A stretch of 64,000 nt of DNA, from contig RDEW01000014.1 of NCBI GenBank assembly GCA_011109175.1, positions 186,001 through 250,000 on the forward strand, given 5' to 3'. Shown piece after piece: positions 26,251 to 38,016 of this stretch (positions are counted from its first letter, which is position 1; each line of letters begins with the position of its first letter). A program made the position numbers and the translations under genes. Below the pieces are notes generated by a model, which saw only the letters and a list, made by a program, of their open reading frames with translations, was not told the DNA's origin and made no database searches. Source of the DNA: Dicyema japonicum. Lineage: Eukaryota > Animalia > Dicyemida.

Positions 26251-27806
26251 ATGGATAGAAAACATAGAGAATGTCTCAGACTATGCCACGTTTCTCTTTT
26301 GGATGATATTGACACGACATTTATAATCCCCCATCTATATGAATCTGGAGTTCTAACTGAACACCAAAGGGAATGTATTGAAAATAAACGTCGAATCAAT
26401 GGACGCTTTGAATCAGCAAGAAGTCTTTTGTCCGTTATTGTCACGTGTGGACCCTCTGCATTTGATGTACGTTTACATTTTAGCTGATAATTGAATTTTT
26501 TAGCTGTGCTTTTTAATCGCGTCAAACGCGTCACTGCTATTTATCAAGTTGTAGTAATAACCCATTATTCTTAATTTACTTCTCTTTACGTGACAATTAT
26601 AGGCATTTTTGGCAGCTCTCAAAAGCGAATATCCACATTTGAGGAAACGCGTAGAGGAGCAGTTCAATGAACTGAATGATAATAATACTGAGGAGGAGCC
26701 ATGTTATGACCAACCAGGTGATTCCTTTAAATTATGGCAGATTGTCTTTTATCTTGTGTTACTACCCCGATACTCCTGCCGACATGTGTTTATCCGCTCT
26801 TTCGTTGGCAGATGTTCCTTCAGATGGAGTCTTTTTTTTAACCACGTGTCAAAATGATGTCGCGTTGCTAGCAAGATTGCTTCGTTCGATGGCTCAGGAA
26901 ATGTCCTCTTGCTATGATGAGATCTTTAAGCAGGTAGCTAACTGATTTGAATTCTTAGTCTGAAAAATCAACAGACGGTCTGTGGAAGAGAGCAGTGATC
27001 ACTCTTACCTCACTAATCGACGTCGCTGATATCATCCTTTTGTGGCTGGAGAAGTCCAACTGTGAAGAAATCATCGACAAGGAGACCCTAGAAATCAATG
27101 AAAGTGTTTATCGTGGTTTTACTAGTTTGGCTGGTTGGCTTTGGTCTTGAATTTAGAAATTGGAAGTGTCCTCGGGAGTGCTGCCCTTTTGAGGTATGCC
27201 ATGAAGTGGTTTAACGTCAAACATTATATTGCCTTCGTAGATACCGACAGAGAGCACATTGAGCAAGTTCTCAGAGAAGTTGAATTACGGATACCTTCAA
27301 TTTATACTGTTACTGATGAGGCTGCCCAGGTTTCCAGCAAAATTACCTTAGATTCTATCAAAAATGCTGAGTTCTGACGAATTTGATCCTATCCACGTGC
27401 GTCAGTTTGATAACTGCATTCGTGTTGCTTTGATCGAAATTGATAATCTCCAGGAACGCCTAAATAATGCCTCGATGAACATAAACAGGCTGTTATATAA
27501 GCTGAATGTTGTTCTCATGTGAATTGTAGGTTATTCGTTGGTTTCACAGATTCGCTCGTTTAGTATTATTCATGTTCATCTGCAACTTTCTGTATCAATT
27601 TGTGAAGTCTTACACTTTGTCGACAAACAGTGGTATGGGTCTCAGTCATTTAAGCCATATTTATTGGGGGAATTTCTGGGACTCTTCTTATCTCCTATGG
27701 AATGGGGGAGGGGAATGCTTTATATTTGAATATTCAAAAGTTGCATAATCGATGTGAGTTGTTGGATGGACAGCTTAGTTACCTCACAAAAAAGTTATTC
27801 AAGTAA
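26251..27806 (+). CDS. CARD-domain protein with a central helical region and two predicted C-terminal transmembrane segments
   Basis: Exon 1 plus exon 2: HLYESGVLTEHQRECIE..LLSVIVTCGPSAFD|AFLAALKSEYPHL, a RAIDD/caspase-2-type CARD pattern. Introns 26467-26602, about 26718-26811, 26934-26958, 27106-27125 and three more of 22 nt give an open frame to TAA at 27804-27806. The CARD is well supported; the downstream model is inferred. Confidence 0.7.
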
Positions 27807-27989
27807 TTTGTTTTTTATTGAAAGTCATCGTGATTATAAACAAGCAAATTATAATAATCGAGGTGGAAATTAATGTTTGATTTGGTTTTTTTTAATTTTG
27901 CTTTGATTTAACGTTTCGTGTTAATATCGTGTTTTTTTGTTAAAACTAGGACTTATCCTTTGGATGTTATTCCATCGGTTAATTGGCCG

Positions 27990-28290
27990 ATTTAGAGCTG
28001 GCGACCTAACTCTATTGGACTTGTCGTATGTAAACCATGGTTCCTTTAATAAGCGTGGAAGAAATAACGATTGAACTTCTCTCTTTGGGCCTGCAAGTCC
28101 CAGCTAATGTAGCCATGAAATATTTTTCACCTTCAACGCTCCCTTGTTCCTTGGACGACCAGGGATCATCCTATCGATGGACCTAGACGGTGACCTCCAA
28201 AAGATTAAGAAGTGTCTCAAAAGGGAGGACGACTTAGATTGACTAAGAGAGCTTACGACAGGAACAAGTGAAGAATGATGATGTTGTTGT
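27990..28290 (+). mobile_element. RTE-like C-terminal fragment
   Basis: GRPGIILSMDLDGDLQK..DDLD*LREL, resembling the C-terminus of the 9.4-11.7 kb element. Confidence 0.45.
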
Positions 28291-28499
28291 TAGTGTCTTA
28301 AAGTCCCCATGTTTACTACAAAAATGGTATAGCGAAAGTATATTAATAAAGGACTCCCCTTTCCACTTCAAATATAGAAAAAATCGATTAATATACAATT
28401 AAGTTATTGTTAGGAAATTTTTGTCAATAAAGTCAAAATTTCATGTTATTTATAATTGTTTGAACACAAAAAATATTAAGTAAATCTTCGCGAACATGC

Positions 28500-29100
28500 T
28501 ATTTTTGGCGCCATTATGGATTGCAAGCACTGAGCACGCAATGTGAGTTACCGGTCAGATCACAAGTCGAATGTTCTGGAAGAGCCATTGTGCCATTCTA
28601 GACTCTCCTTAACAATCCAGGTTCTTCTAGTTGCTTTAAATAGTTAAGTTCCAAATGTTTTGTATTATCACGGCCTTTCTTGTCGATTTCAAAAGTAATC
28701 AAGTAATTTGAAAACTTTAATCACTCCATAGTCCATTATTATCATTATTGCCCCAGGATAGAATTTTTAGGACTGTCATTTTCTTCACTGCTATCACCCG
28801 ATTTTCCACATTTTTGATGAAAGTCTATGAGCAAACATGACTCCCAAAATGTTAGGCGTGCTATTGACTGTAATCAAATCAAATATTTATTCTAAGGCCA
28901 CAGTTAAATCGAAAAAAAATCAAGTAATCCCGACAAACTAGATCCAGGCTTTCAGCCTGGCTCGATCCTACACAAGCTTATTGGTGTGGGTTTTCCCCTG
29001 ATCACGTTGGATCAGGCCTCCTCCGTTGTTCTTTCTGATCAGGATTTCCAAGGGTGTCGGCATCATGGTCTGTTTGTCCGTTGACCCTTCCACAATGAAC
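28500..29100 (-). mobile_element. CRE-like C-terminal remnant
   Basis: RRPD motif and WLFQNIRLVI..NSHCVL; homologous to 29845-29895. Confidence 0.45.
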
Positions 29101-29779
29101 CCGATATTTACAACAACCACTTCAATTTTATTTAATTCCACACAGATTTTATGAGCAGGAAATTGATCAGCCATAAATAAAAATTTTATTTTGTTTTCGA
29201 TAATTTCCCATTCAAGGAAAAAAGCTTTAAAAAAAGTTTAGTGTTTCCATGCTTTACTAGAATTTCTTTAAGCTACATACTTGTTTGGCGATAATTATTG
29301 AATATTAAATACGATCTGTCAGTAATTTGTAATCTGCTTTAATACATGTAACCTGCCTTGAATTGTTTTATAAAAATCTCCGTCTCTTCGCCATTATATG
29401 ACTCATTTTTCTTAATTTAAATTCATTTTTAAACTTTTCTAACCATCCTTGGTTTAAATTCAGGTTTTTTGATCTTTTAATGTTAACAGTATTGGTGAGA
29501 ATAATCCATGATAAAACATTAAGTTTTAAAATTTTTAAATAAAAAATTCATCACATGTTAGCGCACGTTAGATCATATAAGTTGTTTTTATTTTTTAAAT
29601 CGTTAATGGAACGACAAGAAATAGGTTTTTTTAATATTTTGGGAACTCGTAAAATTGATTTTTTTAATTCCGTTGAATTAATTTTATAATTTCAATTTTT
29701 TGAATTTTTTATTATATGCAACGTTGTTTAATGACAACACAAAAATAAACTATTAATTTGACAAGACAATTAACTTGGC

Positions 29780-29925
29780 CTGATCACATCTGAGTTTACC
29801 AGAGCAGGACTGCGGAAAGAACCTAGAATGACGCGATAGGAATTCCAGAACATTGGGCTCGTGATCATGAGAGGTAATTCCCATTGCGTGCTCGATGTCT
29901 GCAGGACCTTGTCATGACAACAACT
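29780..29925 (+). mobile_element. CRE-like 3' end fragment
   Basis: FQNIGLVIMRGNSHCVLDVC followed by an AT-rich tail. Confidence 0.5.
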
Positions 29926-30839
29926 TTATTTTTATTTTAATAAATTTAAATTTAATGGTGTCTGGACTAAAAATTAAAAACTCATTTCCTCACGATCTGT
30001 TAGGGAATGATCCAACTTTTTCGTTTATCCTTTACCCAGTCGCGATAAACGACTAACCAAGACAAATTTAAAAAATTCACAATAAATAAATTAATAAAAT
30101 AAATAATATTAATTTTTTAAAATGTGGCGAATTTGAGAAAATATCTGATTTGAGAATTTTGTTAAAGAAAAATTGTCTTTTATGGATTTGATTGTTGATT
30201 CGAGAGGATTTACTATTTACAAATGAAAAAATATAAAGTCAGAACTTGACGTCAAAATTATGTCAAAAATTAATTTTTGAAATTTATTTAATTTTATTTT
30301 TCACTTCGAAATGTTTCACGGAACGTACTTATGGACAAATTATTGTGCATTAAGGTGTTTTATAAAAACTAGAGACTATTCTAATAATATAATTTTCCTC
30401 ATAAATTTCCTAAAGAACAGATAAAAGTTCCGATAAATAGGAAAATATCCGAAAACCAAAATTTACATTAACGAATTTATTTTACTACGAAAAATGAAAA
30501 AACCACTTGTTTCCTTTTAAAAATATAATAAAATATCAGCACCTTCACGAACTGTAATACTGTGCTGGAAGATATTTTAAAGAGCAGTTATGATAACTAA
30601 TCGTTGAAAAGGCCAGGAATGTTCTCAACTACTATTGTCGCGTGCGAGTCCTTATAGAAAATCCAGTTGCAGTGAGGTATTTACTGATCTCAATGCCACT
30701 AGTCAAACAAAGAAAAAAGTTTAAAATTTTGATCGAATTGAATTTGTGGTTGAGTTGGTGAAGTAACTCTTAAACACTAGAAAATACGAAATTCAAAGAT
30801 TAGACTTCTCTCTTTTGACGTCCAGTGTCACCCCCTCGA

Positions 30840-31077
30840 GAACATGGCGATGGAAGACTTTTTTTTCTGGAGACTACGCGTTTCTGTGGTCGACCAAAGA
30901 CAACCCTAATGACCGTCTCTGATGAAGAGTTTAAAGAACATCGGGACGGGAAGGACCTTTACAGGCTACTGGACATGCAAAGATTGGCCAAAATAGAAAC
31001 TAACTAGGATTTTGATTTTCCATGTTGCTCATGTTTTTTACACTACCAATGACATATCGTGAGTGCCTATAATAATT
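30840..31077 (+). mobile_element. RTE-like 3' fragment with tail
   Basis: FCGRPKTTL motif; tail gtgagtgcctataataat resembles the RTE tail gtgaaagtgccttaataat. Confidence 0.5.
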
Positions 31078-31149
31078 GTCGCATGCCATCGCGTCCGACC
31101 GTGCCATAATGCTCAATAAACTTTAACATAAAAAATAGAATAAAAATTG

Positions 31150-33633
31150 TTATTTATCACGAATGGCTTCACTTAACAAGGACAGAGAATAACCAGCCAA
31201 ATTACAAATCTGCGAATCTATCTCTTTTTGAGTTAATTCTGCAATAAGCAACCGATTAACCAGAAAAGCCAGTTGTATAAGACCATCAAATACTCTCCCA
31301 AGTCATCACCAATCGTGGAAGGGGCAGACATAAAGAGCATACAGCAGGCAAAAACGACTGCCATCCGCACACATCTAAATCAGAAAAACATCAAAATACG
31401 GATCACTGTGGGTTATTAACGAGCATATAAAATCTGCCAAGGTACTCGCCATCCTCTTAAAATTAAGGAATATAATCAAACCGGAGAATACAGGGAAGAA
31501 GACTGATAGACTGTTGCCAGACTGTAAACCAACCTTTGAAGCAAAATCGGCTCCCTTTCGATCAAATTTAAATGAAATTTTTTACTATTGAACAATTTTG
31601 CAAAAAAATATACCAATCAGCTTGTTTAATGAGAGGATAAAAGAAATAGCTGGCCTTACAGTTAGAAACGTGATTTATAGGTCTCCGAGGGCCAGAAGAA
31701 ATCACACACGTCTTACCACATTTTTTGATTGTGGTTGTTGGCTTAATTGGAGGTTGGGAAACAGGTTCACTGGCCATCTCCCTAACAGCCCTTGAGATTG
31801 AACCCAAAATGTGAAGTCTTCTTACAAAATTCACATTTTCCGAGTAAAACTCCCCGCAAACGAATGGTCCCCCTATTTCAGGGCATTTCACAAGGATAGA
31901 AGCCATAATCTTCACTTTTTGCTCTTCAAAATCAGGCAGACCATAAGAATTCTGTAATTTGGTCAATACGCCCAGAAGGGGAACACAAACCTACAACATC
32001 ACAATTAGAGGACCTCTGAAACTGATCCAATTGGTTTCTCTCTTACCATAGCTTCCAGTTCATCAAATACGCGTTTAAAGCGATTAAAGTCATCCTCAAC
32101 CTTCAATTCCTCTATGCACTGTCGAAGATGAAGTGTAGGCATCGTTTTACGCTTTTCTGGGAGTTCATATGGCTCTAGGCTGTCGTCACTGTCCAAATTG
32201 CTGTCTTCTACGCTCTTGTCATTACTGGGGGCGACATTCTCGGCCTCTTGAGGTGGTTCATGACATACTGGCAAATAGTTGAGAAACAAGGAGGACAGTT
32301 TGACTACTCGAGGACTATTTGCGATATTTGGGGGAATATTAAATCCTGGCTTGGGCCGGGTAGGTTCAAACTTCTCGAAGAACAGTTCCACGATTGTAAT
32401 AATCTGGAACTTCTGGGGTCTTCCACGTTGCTTTCAAGACTGCACTTTACAGCGTTTAGCAGTCCGTCGGTCACTCCTAAAGTATAACGTAATTATAGGA
32501 ATATTACCGGTCCTCATATCATCACATGACAAACGTCCCATGGAATATGCCAGAAATTTGAGTGAATAAAACTGATAGTCCTTCGAACAGGTCTTGTGAA
32601 AGGTCTGGGTCTCATGTAAAGTCAGGATATCGAAAATAAACTAGGATAAAGAAGAAAACAACTCTAAAAAGCAGATCCAAGTCAAATCTGAGAATTTCTA
32701 CCAAATTTTTAATGACGCAGTCCTAAAGTCATTTTCAAATATTACAGGTTCATAAAAACGGTGGAAGATAACCTTGGGTAGAACAGAGTCTTTGAAAAAG
32801 CTAGATTCAATCATTAAAGAGAAGATATGACCACAAATCAAGGGACTTGATTAAAATGACAAATTTACTCAAAGTCATGAACTATTACTGTTTTGAGATA
32901 CTTTTCAATTAAAGTATCGCTTATTTGAGCGGTTAATTTCGATAGTTTTTTCACTTTGATCTTTGCCGAAATTAGTGGATTCAGAAAATTGTCCCAGAAA
33001 ATTTCCAAATTAAAAAAACTCACTACCAGAGCCATTCAGAGAGCAAATGAGCCCGGCCATTGTTGCCATATTCTTGAATCCCAAGACTTCTTCGCATTCT
33101 TCGAAGACAGAGAGAAAAGCTCTGCACAAGTGTTGAAAAAAATTTCCAAGGTGAAAGATTCACTAACATAAAAATAATCAGAACGGAATATCACTTTGAA
33201 AAGAATTGGCCATTTTGTCGGGAAAATGCAAAATAATCCTGATTTTGTCCTCAAAGTCCTGATCGGAGGAAAAAAACTTGAATCAACAGAACTTTAAAAA
33301 TTTCTTGATTTCTGATAATTTTACTCAAAATTGAAATTTCAAGCCCGTTGTGAAACCTGAGTTTAAAAAAACCTTACTCTGAGATTGAGTTTGAAAGAAT
33401 GAAGAAACTCTCACAAGGAAATGGCTTAAAAAAATATTTGTGAATTTTATTTTCTAGTAGTTTCGTCGGAATTTTGTGATTTTTATAATTTTAAGGAGAT
33501 ACATAAGAAAGTAATAATATTGGTTCTTTTCATAATTTTTGATCCCTTTGTCGGCTTCATTTAAAATGTTATTGAAGCTTTCTATTGAAAAATTCCATAA
33601 TAAGCTCCTCAAATCGAAAATCAATTGTTGCAT
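31150..33633 (-). CDS. TELO2: Telomere length regulation protein TEL2 homolog (TTT complex), multi-exon
   Basis: LDSDDSLEPYEL (TELO2 signature LDSDD..PYD), HLRQCIEEL, EFYSENVNFVRRLHIL, YFFYPLI. The 5' end is inferred and needs one extra A near 33472-33475. Confidence 0.85.
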
Positions 33634-33749
33634 CCCACAAGAAATTTGATATTTAAATTTAAAATTATTGTTATTTGCTTACTTTTCATAATTTTATTAA
33701 TTTAATATTTATCCAGCTCAAGCATAATAAATAAATAATTAAATAAGCA

Positions 33750-34043
33750 TGTTTATGTGGTCTTTGCGCGGAATCTCGCTGCAGCGGCAGATGTCCCACT
33801 TGAGGACTGTAGATTTACCCGCAAGGCCCCTTATTGTAAGGTTAACGGAATAGTGTTAACCTGTATCAATAAGGCTGTGGCTTATGCGGTGGAGGCTAAG
33901 CCAGTAGGGTCACTGGGTGACATCTCCCTAGTGCTGTATGCAGCACAGATCACCTATGAGGAATTGACGGACAAGCCCAGAACACCCAGTAAATGGAGGG
34001 GCAGATCTGTGCCAAGATTGCTTGGAGACAGACTGAGCTGGAA
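33750..34043 (+). mobile_element. 5' part of an R4/Dong-like RLE retrotransposon, interrupted by the LINE at 34044
   Basis: LYAAQITYEE..KPRTPSKW N-terminal motif; joins 38017 onward across a duplicated TGAGCTGGAA. Confidence 0.7.
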
Positions 34044-34159
34044 TCAAATCAAATTTATTCCAAAGTAAGTAAGTAAGGAGTTATTTTTTAGGATATTTAA
34101 ACGTGTCCGCCTATGCGGCCTGGACACTTCCGATGTATCCACACTCCATTTAGTTATCT

Positions 34160-36771
34160 TTATCGTTGGATCCCATTGATTCTTTTCTCTATGATGTTTT
34201 TAACAGGAGTTAGAATCATGTCTTCTTCAGTGCTGAGAGCATCCCAGAGCTTTTTTCCTAAAGCCAACTTTATTGCCGACCTTCTGGTTTTTCCATGAGA
34301 AACATTATTCTTTCTCTTTGGCAAGAGAAAAACCATGCTTCGCATCCATATAGCAGTTCCGGTAGGATGATCCTCATGAAGATGAACAAGAAGGTTTCCA
34401 GGCTTACAAGCAACTTTCTCGTACATAAGAGTGCTTGAAGCGCCTTCTTCGTCTTATGTCCTCCATGAAGGAACCATTTCCATCGATTGCTATCCCGAGG
34501 TAGCGCATTGAGTTTACTTTAGGAATCTCTATGAGTAAGGCTGCTTCTGATGCCTCCTTAGGCGACTTACTCGTAGAGAGCTGGATTTCTCCGTAGACAA
34601 TCTCATCCCTCTTTTTGTGCACCAGTCCTGAACTTGTCCAATGAATGACATGATCTTTTCTCCGAAAGAGTTGATTTGCCAGATGTATCTGTGATCAGAA
34701 TATCATCGGCGTATATCAATAGTTTGTGTTTATCCGGTGGAGTTGGAAAATCGATAGGAATATGTTGAATAGCAGAGGGCTCAGGACGGAACCCTGAGGA
34801 ACTCCCCTCTTCAGTATGATGTCTTTCGACATATGTGCTCCAACACGTACTTGGGAAATCCGTCCTGTTAGGAAATCCCTTATCCATATGAGAAGTTTCT
34901 TTTGGATCTGAGCAGCTGCTAGCCTTGATAGGAGTGCTTCGTGCCACACACTATCAAAAGCCTTGGACAGATCCAAACATACCAGGTTGACTAGTCTTTT
35001 GACTTCCAGACCTCTCAATACCGTTGAATGCATCTGGTAGATACAGTCCGTGCATGATTTTCCAGGTCTGAAGCCCCATTGTTCTGCGAGGAGGAAACCA
35101 CTTCTTCTATGTGGTCGTTAAACCTCCTGAAGATAATTCGTTCGATAATCTTAGAGATCGAACAGATGAGACTTATTGGACTATAGCTGAGAGGGTCCCT
35201 CCTCGATTTTCCTGGTTTCAGTATCATTCTGACAATGGAAGATTTCCAGCGTTTAGGGACATGACCATGATGAATGCTTGCATTGAATAAATTCTTCAGT
35301 ATGGGAAATAGAGCCTCTGGGGCTTCCTTGAACAATCTCATACTTAGATGGTCAAGTCCAGGAGCGTTAGCCTTGCATGTCATGATTGCAGTCATGACTT
35401 CTCCGTAGTTATTTTCATATCAGTATCTTTAAGATCGTCCAAACAGTTGAAGAATCTAACGTCTTCCTCAGAATAAGCTCCATCGGGTTGACCCTCTGAA
35501 TACGATCCAGTTGTTTCTTAAAAATATCTGGGGCTTCTTCCATAGAACACAGTCCACCTTCTGGCTTGGTCAAGGAGATTTTTATGTCATTCCTTTTCCG
35601 GCTAGTTATTCTTTTGTAGAACTTCCAGAACGAGGAGTCTTTGGTGTTTAGTTTGCGTGCCTCTACCCTCAAACATTGTTCTTGAGATAGTCTTATTCCT
35701 CCTTCAATGGCTTTCTTGGTTATCTTCAATTATTCAGTTAGTGCAATCCGGTCTATCAATTCCACACATCTTCTGATTTTAGTCCTCAGGTGATTTCTTT
35801 CATTGATCAAAGATAATGTGGAAATCGAAAGACTGATGCTCTTTCCATCGTTAGTAATCGAGGATCTCCTTCTTGCGTAAAGCATTAAGTATGTCTCCAT
35901 CATGATAGAGAGTTCATTGTCTATGATGTTGATATCACTTCGGGAATAATCTTTAATCTTCCAGTGTTTAAGGTTTCTTGATATGTAGCTCCTGTAGTGT
36001 TCCCAGTTTATTCTTGTTAGGTCGTAACCTGTAAACACAGAGTCCATGGAGTCTGGAGCTAGGTTCAATAACATCTCTTGGGGTATATGATCACTCCTTA
36101 TGTCCCACATAATCATCCGCTTTTCTACATAACTGTAGAGTGATGGTGACACCAGGAACACCCCAAGCATGTCTCCCCCGTAGTGCGAGTAATGATTCGG
36201 TTTTTCCGACGTCAAAATCTCAAATCCAGTTTTATCACCCAATTTCATTAGTCTGATTCCATCATCGTTAGTACCGAGGACCATATTCAATGTTTTTGGC
36301 ATTTAGATCACCCACTAGGATGGACATATCATTTCTTGTGAAGAATTCTTCAATTTCTGCGGAACACTTTCTAAGGTCTTTTGAATACATTCCACCGACG
36401 TGAATCCAACTGCCGCAACATCTCACCTCGACGGAAACAAATTCACAGTGTGTATTCATAATAATTTTTGGCTCACGTATATGTAGAACTTCACTGTAGA
36501 ACAATGTGGTTCCAGTACCAGCTTCTGCACCTTCGACCCATGGAATTTCTATAGAATTGTATCCCTCTAGCATTGTGTTGTTGGTCTTTTTCACTTTGGT
36601 CTCGTTGACCACCAGGATGTCAATCTTGGTGGACGATAGTAGTAGTGCCAGGTCATGACGCCTCTTCTTTAGGGATCGGGCGTTCACCAGCACTATCTTC
36701 AAGTTTCTTTTCAATTTCTTGTTGGTGGCCTGGGCTCTCCATGGCCAGGTCCACCAATTGCGTAAATCCAC
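34160..36771 (-). pseudogene. LINE ORF2 (APE + RT) broken by several frameshifts
   Basis: VNARS, VNETK, GDLNAK, SDH; YSPISL, LDLSKAFD, GVPQGSVLSPLLF, YADD, YLGI spread over different frames. Confidence 0.85.
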
Positions 36772-36815
36772 TCCGAGTATGTTACTTAGTTCCTTCAGTC
36801 TTGATACTATTTCCT

Positions 36816-37838
36816 TTAGCTCTTTTTAATACTCCTGATAACTTTCCTTCGTAGCCAGGCCGACTCTCGCGGAGGAGTTGCTGCAGCTTCGTACTTGTTA
36901 GTACTTGGGCCAATTATCCTTTTCAGGGCTGGCGGTTCCAATTTCTTGGTTATAATATCCGTCTGTTTTGGTTCCCTGTTGTCGATTCGGGAGTTTAACT
37001 TTCGTCTGGCCTCCATGAATACAGGGCATCCTTTGTATCTTGCGCCGTGTTTTGTTGATCCGCAGTTAACACATTTTCGCTCAAGAGTTGGATCCGCATC
37101 ACACTTGGTGGTGTCGTGTTCTCCTGCGCAGCGGAAGCATTTTTTCTTTCCCGTGCACTGGTATGCAAAGTGGCCGATTTGTTGACAACTGTAGCAGATT
37201 GGTGGTCCTCTTCGCATCCATTCGCAAGAAATCTTGTTCGTCCCGATGTAGAAGCCACATCTAATTAGTGATGCAGCCTCCGACTTCATATTAATCGTGG
37301 CCTTCGCCAATGGCATGGCCTGCGATCCTCTAGTCATTCGGGTAACCTTCGTGACTGAGGGAGCCATCTCCTGAAGGTAGTCCAAGAGGTCGTCCTCCTT
37401 TACCCTGAAGGGGAGGTTCCTGAAAACAATCTCAGACGGTTTTGTTGAGATTGTCTTGAAATGGTGATTGTCATTACCAAAGGGACAGGTCTCATTCACC
37501 GCTTCTATAAAGGTGGCCACATGGGAGTTATCCAGGAAATCCAGTCGAAAAGAGCCCGGTCCTCTGTGGCTCATTCTCATAGATCCGTATTGGTCATAGT
37601 ATTGTAAAACATTTGCGATTTTAATTGCATTCATAGTAGAATTCACTGTAATTAATATAGTCTTGTTCTCTGAATGATCGGATTTCATTAGTTCATCCGT
37701 ATATTTAGATATATCTTTGGGATCGTATTTTGTAATGACATTCGGTGGTTTAACAAATTCAGCCTTATGCGGAGTCTTGTTCTCTGGAGAGAATGATTCA
37801 GCAGTGGCACTTCCCGGAGGACGAGAAGAGCTCTTCAC
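36816..37838 (-). CDS. LINE ORF1, gag-like nucleic-acid-binding protein (340 aa, intact)
   Basis: Three Cys/His knuckles: CYSCQQIGHFAYQC, CFRCAGEHDTTKC, CVNCGSTKHGARYKGC. Confidence 0.9.
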   Translation of the reverse strand: MKSSSRPPGSATAESFSPENKTPHKAEFVKPPNVITKYDPKDISKYTDELMKSDHSENKTILITVNSTMNAIKIANVLQYYDQYGSMRMSHRGPGSFRLDFLDNSHVATFIEAVNETCPFGNDNHHFKTISTKPSEIVFRNLPFRVKEDDLLDYLQEMAPSVTKVTRMTRGSQAMPLAKATINMKSEAASLIRCGFYIGTNKISCEWMRRGPPICYSCQQIGHFAYQCTGKKKCFRCAGEHDTTKCDADPTLERKCVNCGSTKHGARYKGCPVFMEARRKLNSRIDNREPKQTDIITKKLEPPALKRIIGPSTNKYEAAATPPRESAWLRRKVIRSIKKS

Positions 37839-37904
37839 TTTAGTGCTTTTTTACTGGTTTTAATACAGGTATCTTGGTGTTTGTTTTCTTAACCATTTAT
37901 TCTG

Positions 37905-38007
37905 TATAACTTTACTGTAGAACTGTAGAATTACTGTAGAACTGAATGTAGAATTGCTAAATTTTGTCGGGATTAGAACTTTACTGTAGAACTGTAGAAT
38001 TACTGTT
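37905..38007. repeat. Short tandem repeats in the LINE 5' UTR
   Basis: ttactgtagaactgtagaattactgt occurs twice, with further partial units. Confidence 0.85.
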
Positions 38008-38016
38008 ATCGATTTT

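Larger units (their letters stand above)
34044..38016 (-). mobile_element. Full-length two-ORF LINE (Jockey/R1/I-like) with a 10-bp target-site duplication
   Basis: TSD TGAGCTGGAA at 34034-34043 and 38017-38026; gag-like ORF1; APE-RT ORF2; 3' end with (TTAC)n, AATAAA and (TTTGA)n. Confidence 0.92.

Noticed and set aside
28968-29174. 68-aa minus-strand ORF after an AT tract as a host gene
   Set aside because: No recognisable family or consistent splice model; another frame carries an RRPD motif continuous with a CRE-like remnant.
37905-38007. CRISPR-like or telomeric array
   Set aside because: No unique spacers and no telomere-type unit; the sequence is eukaryotic and the repeats are part of a LINE 5' UTR.
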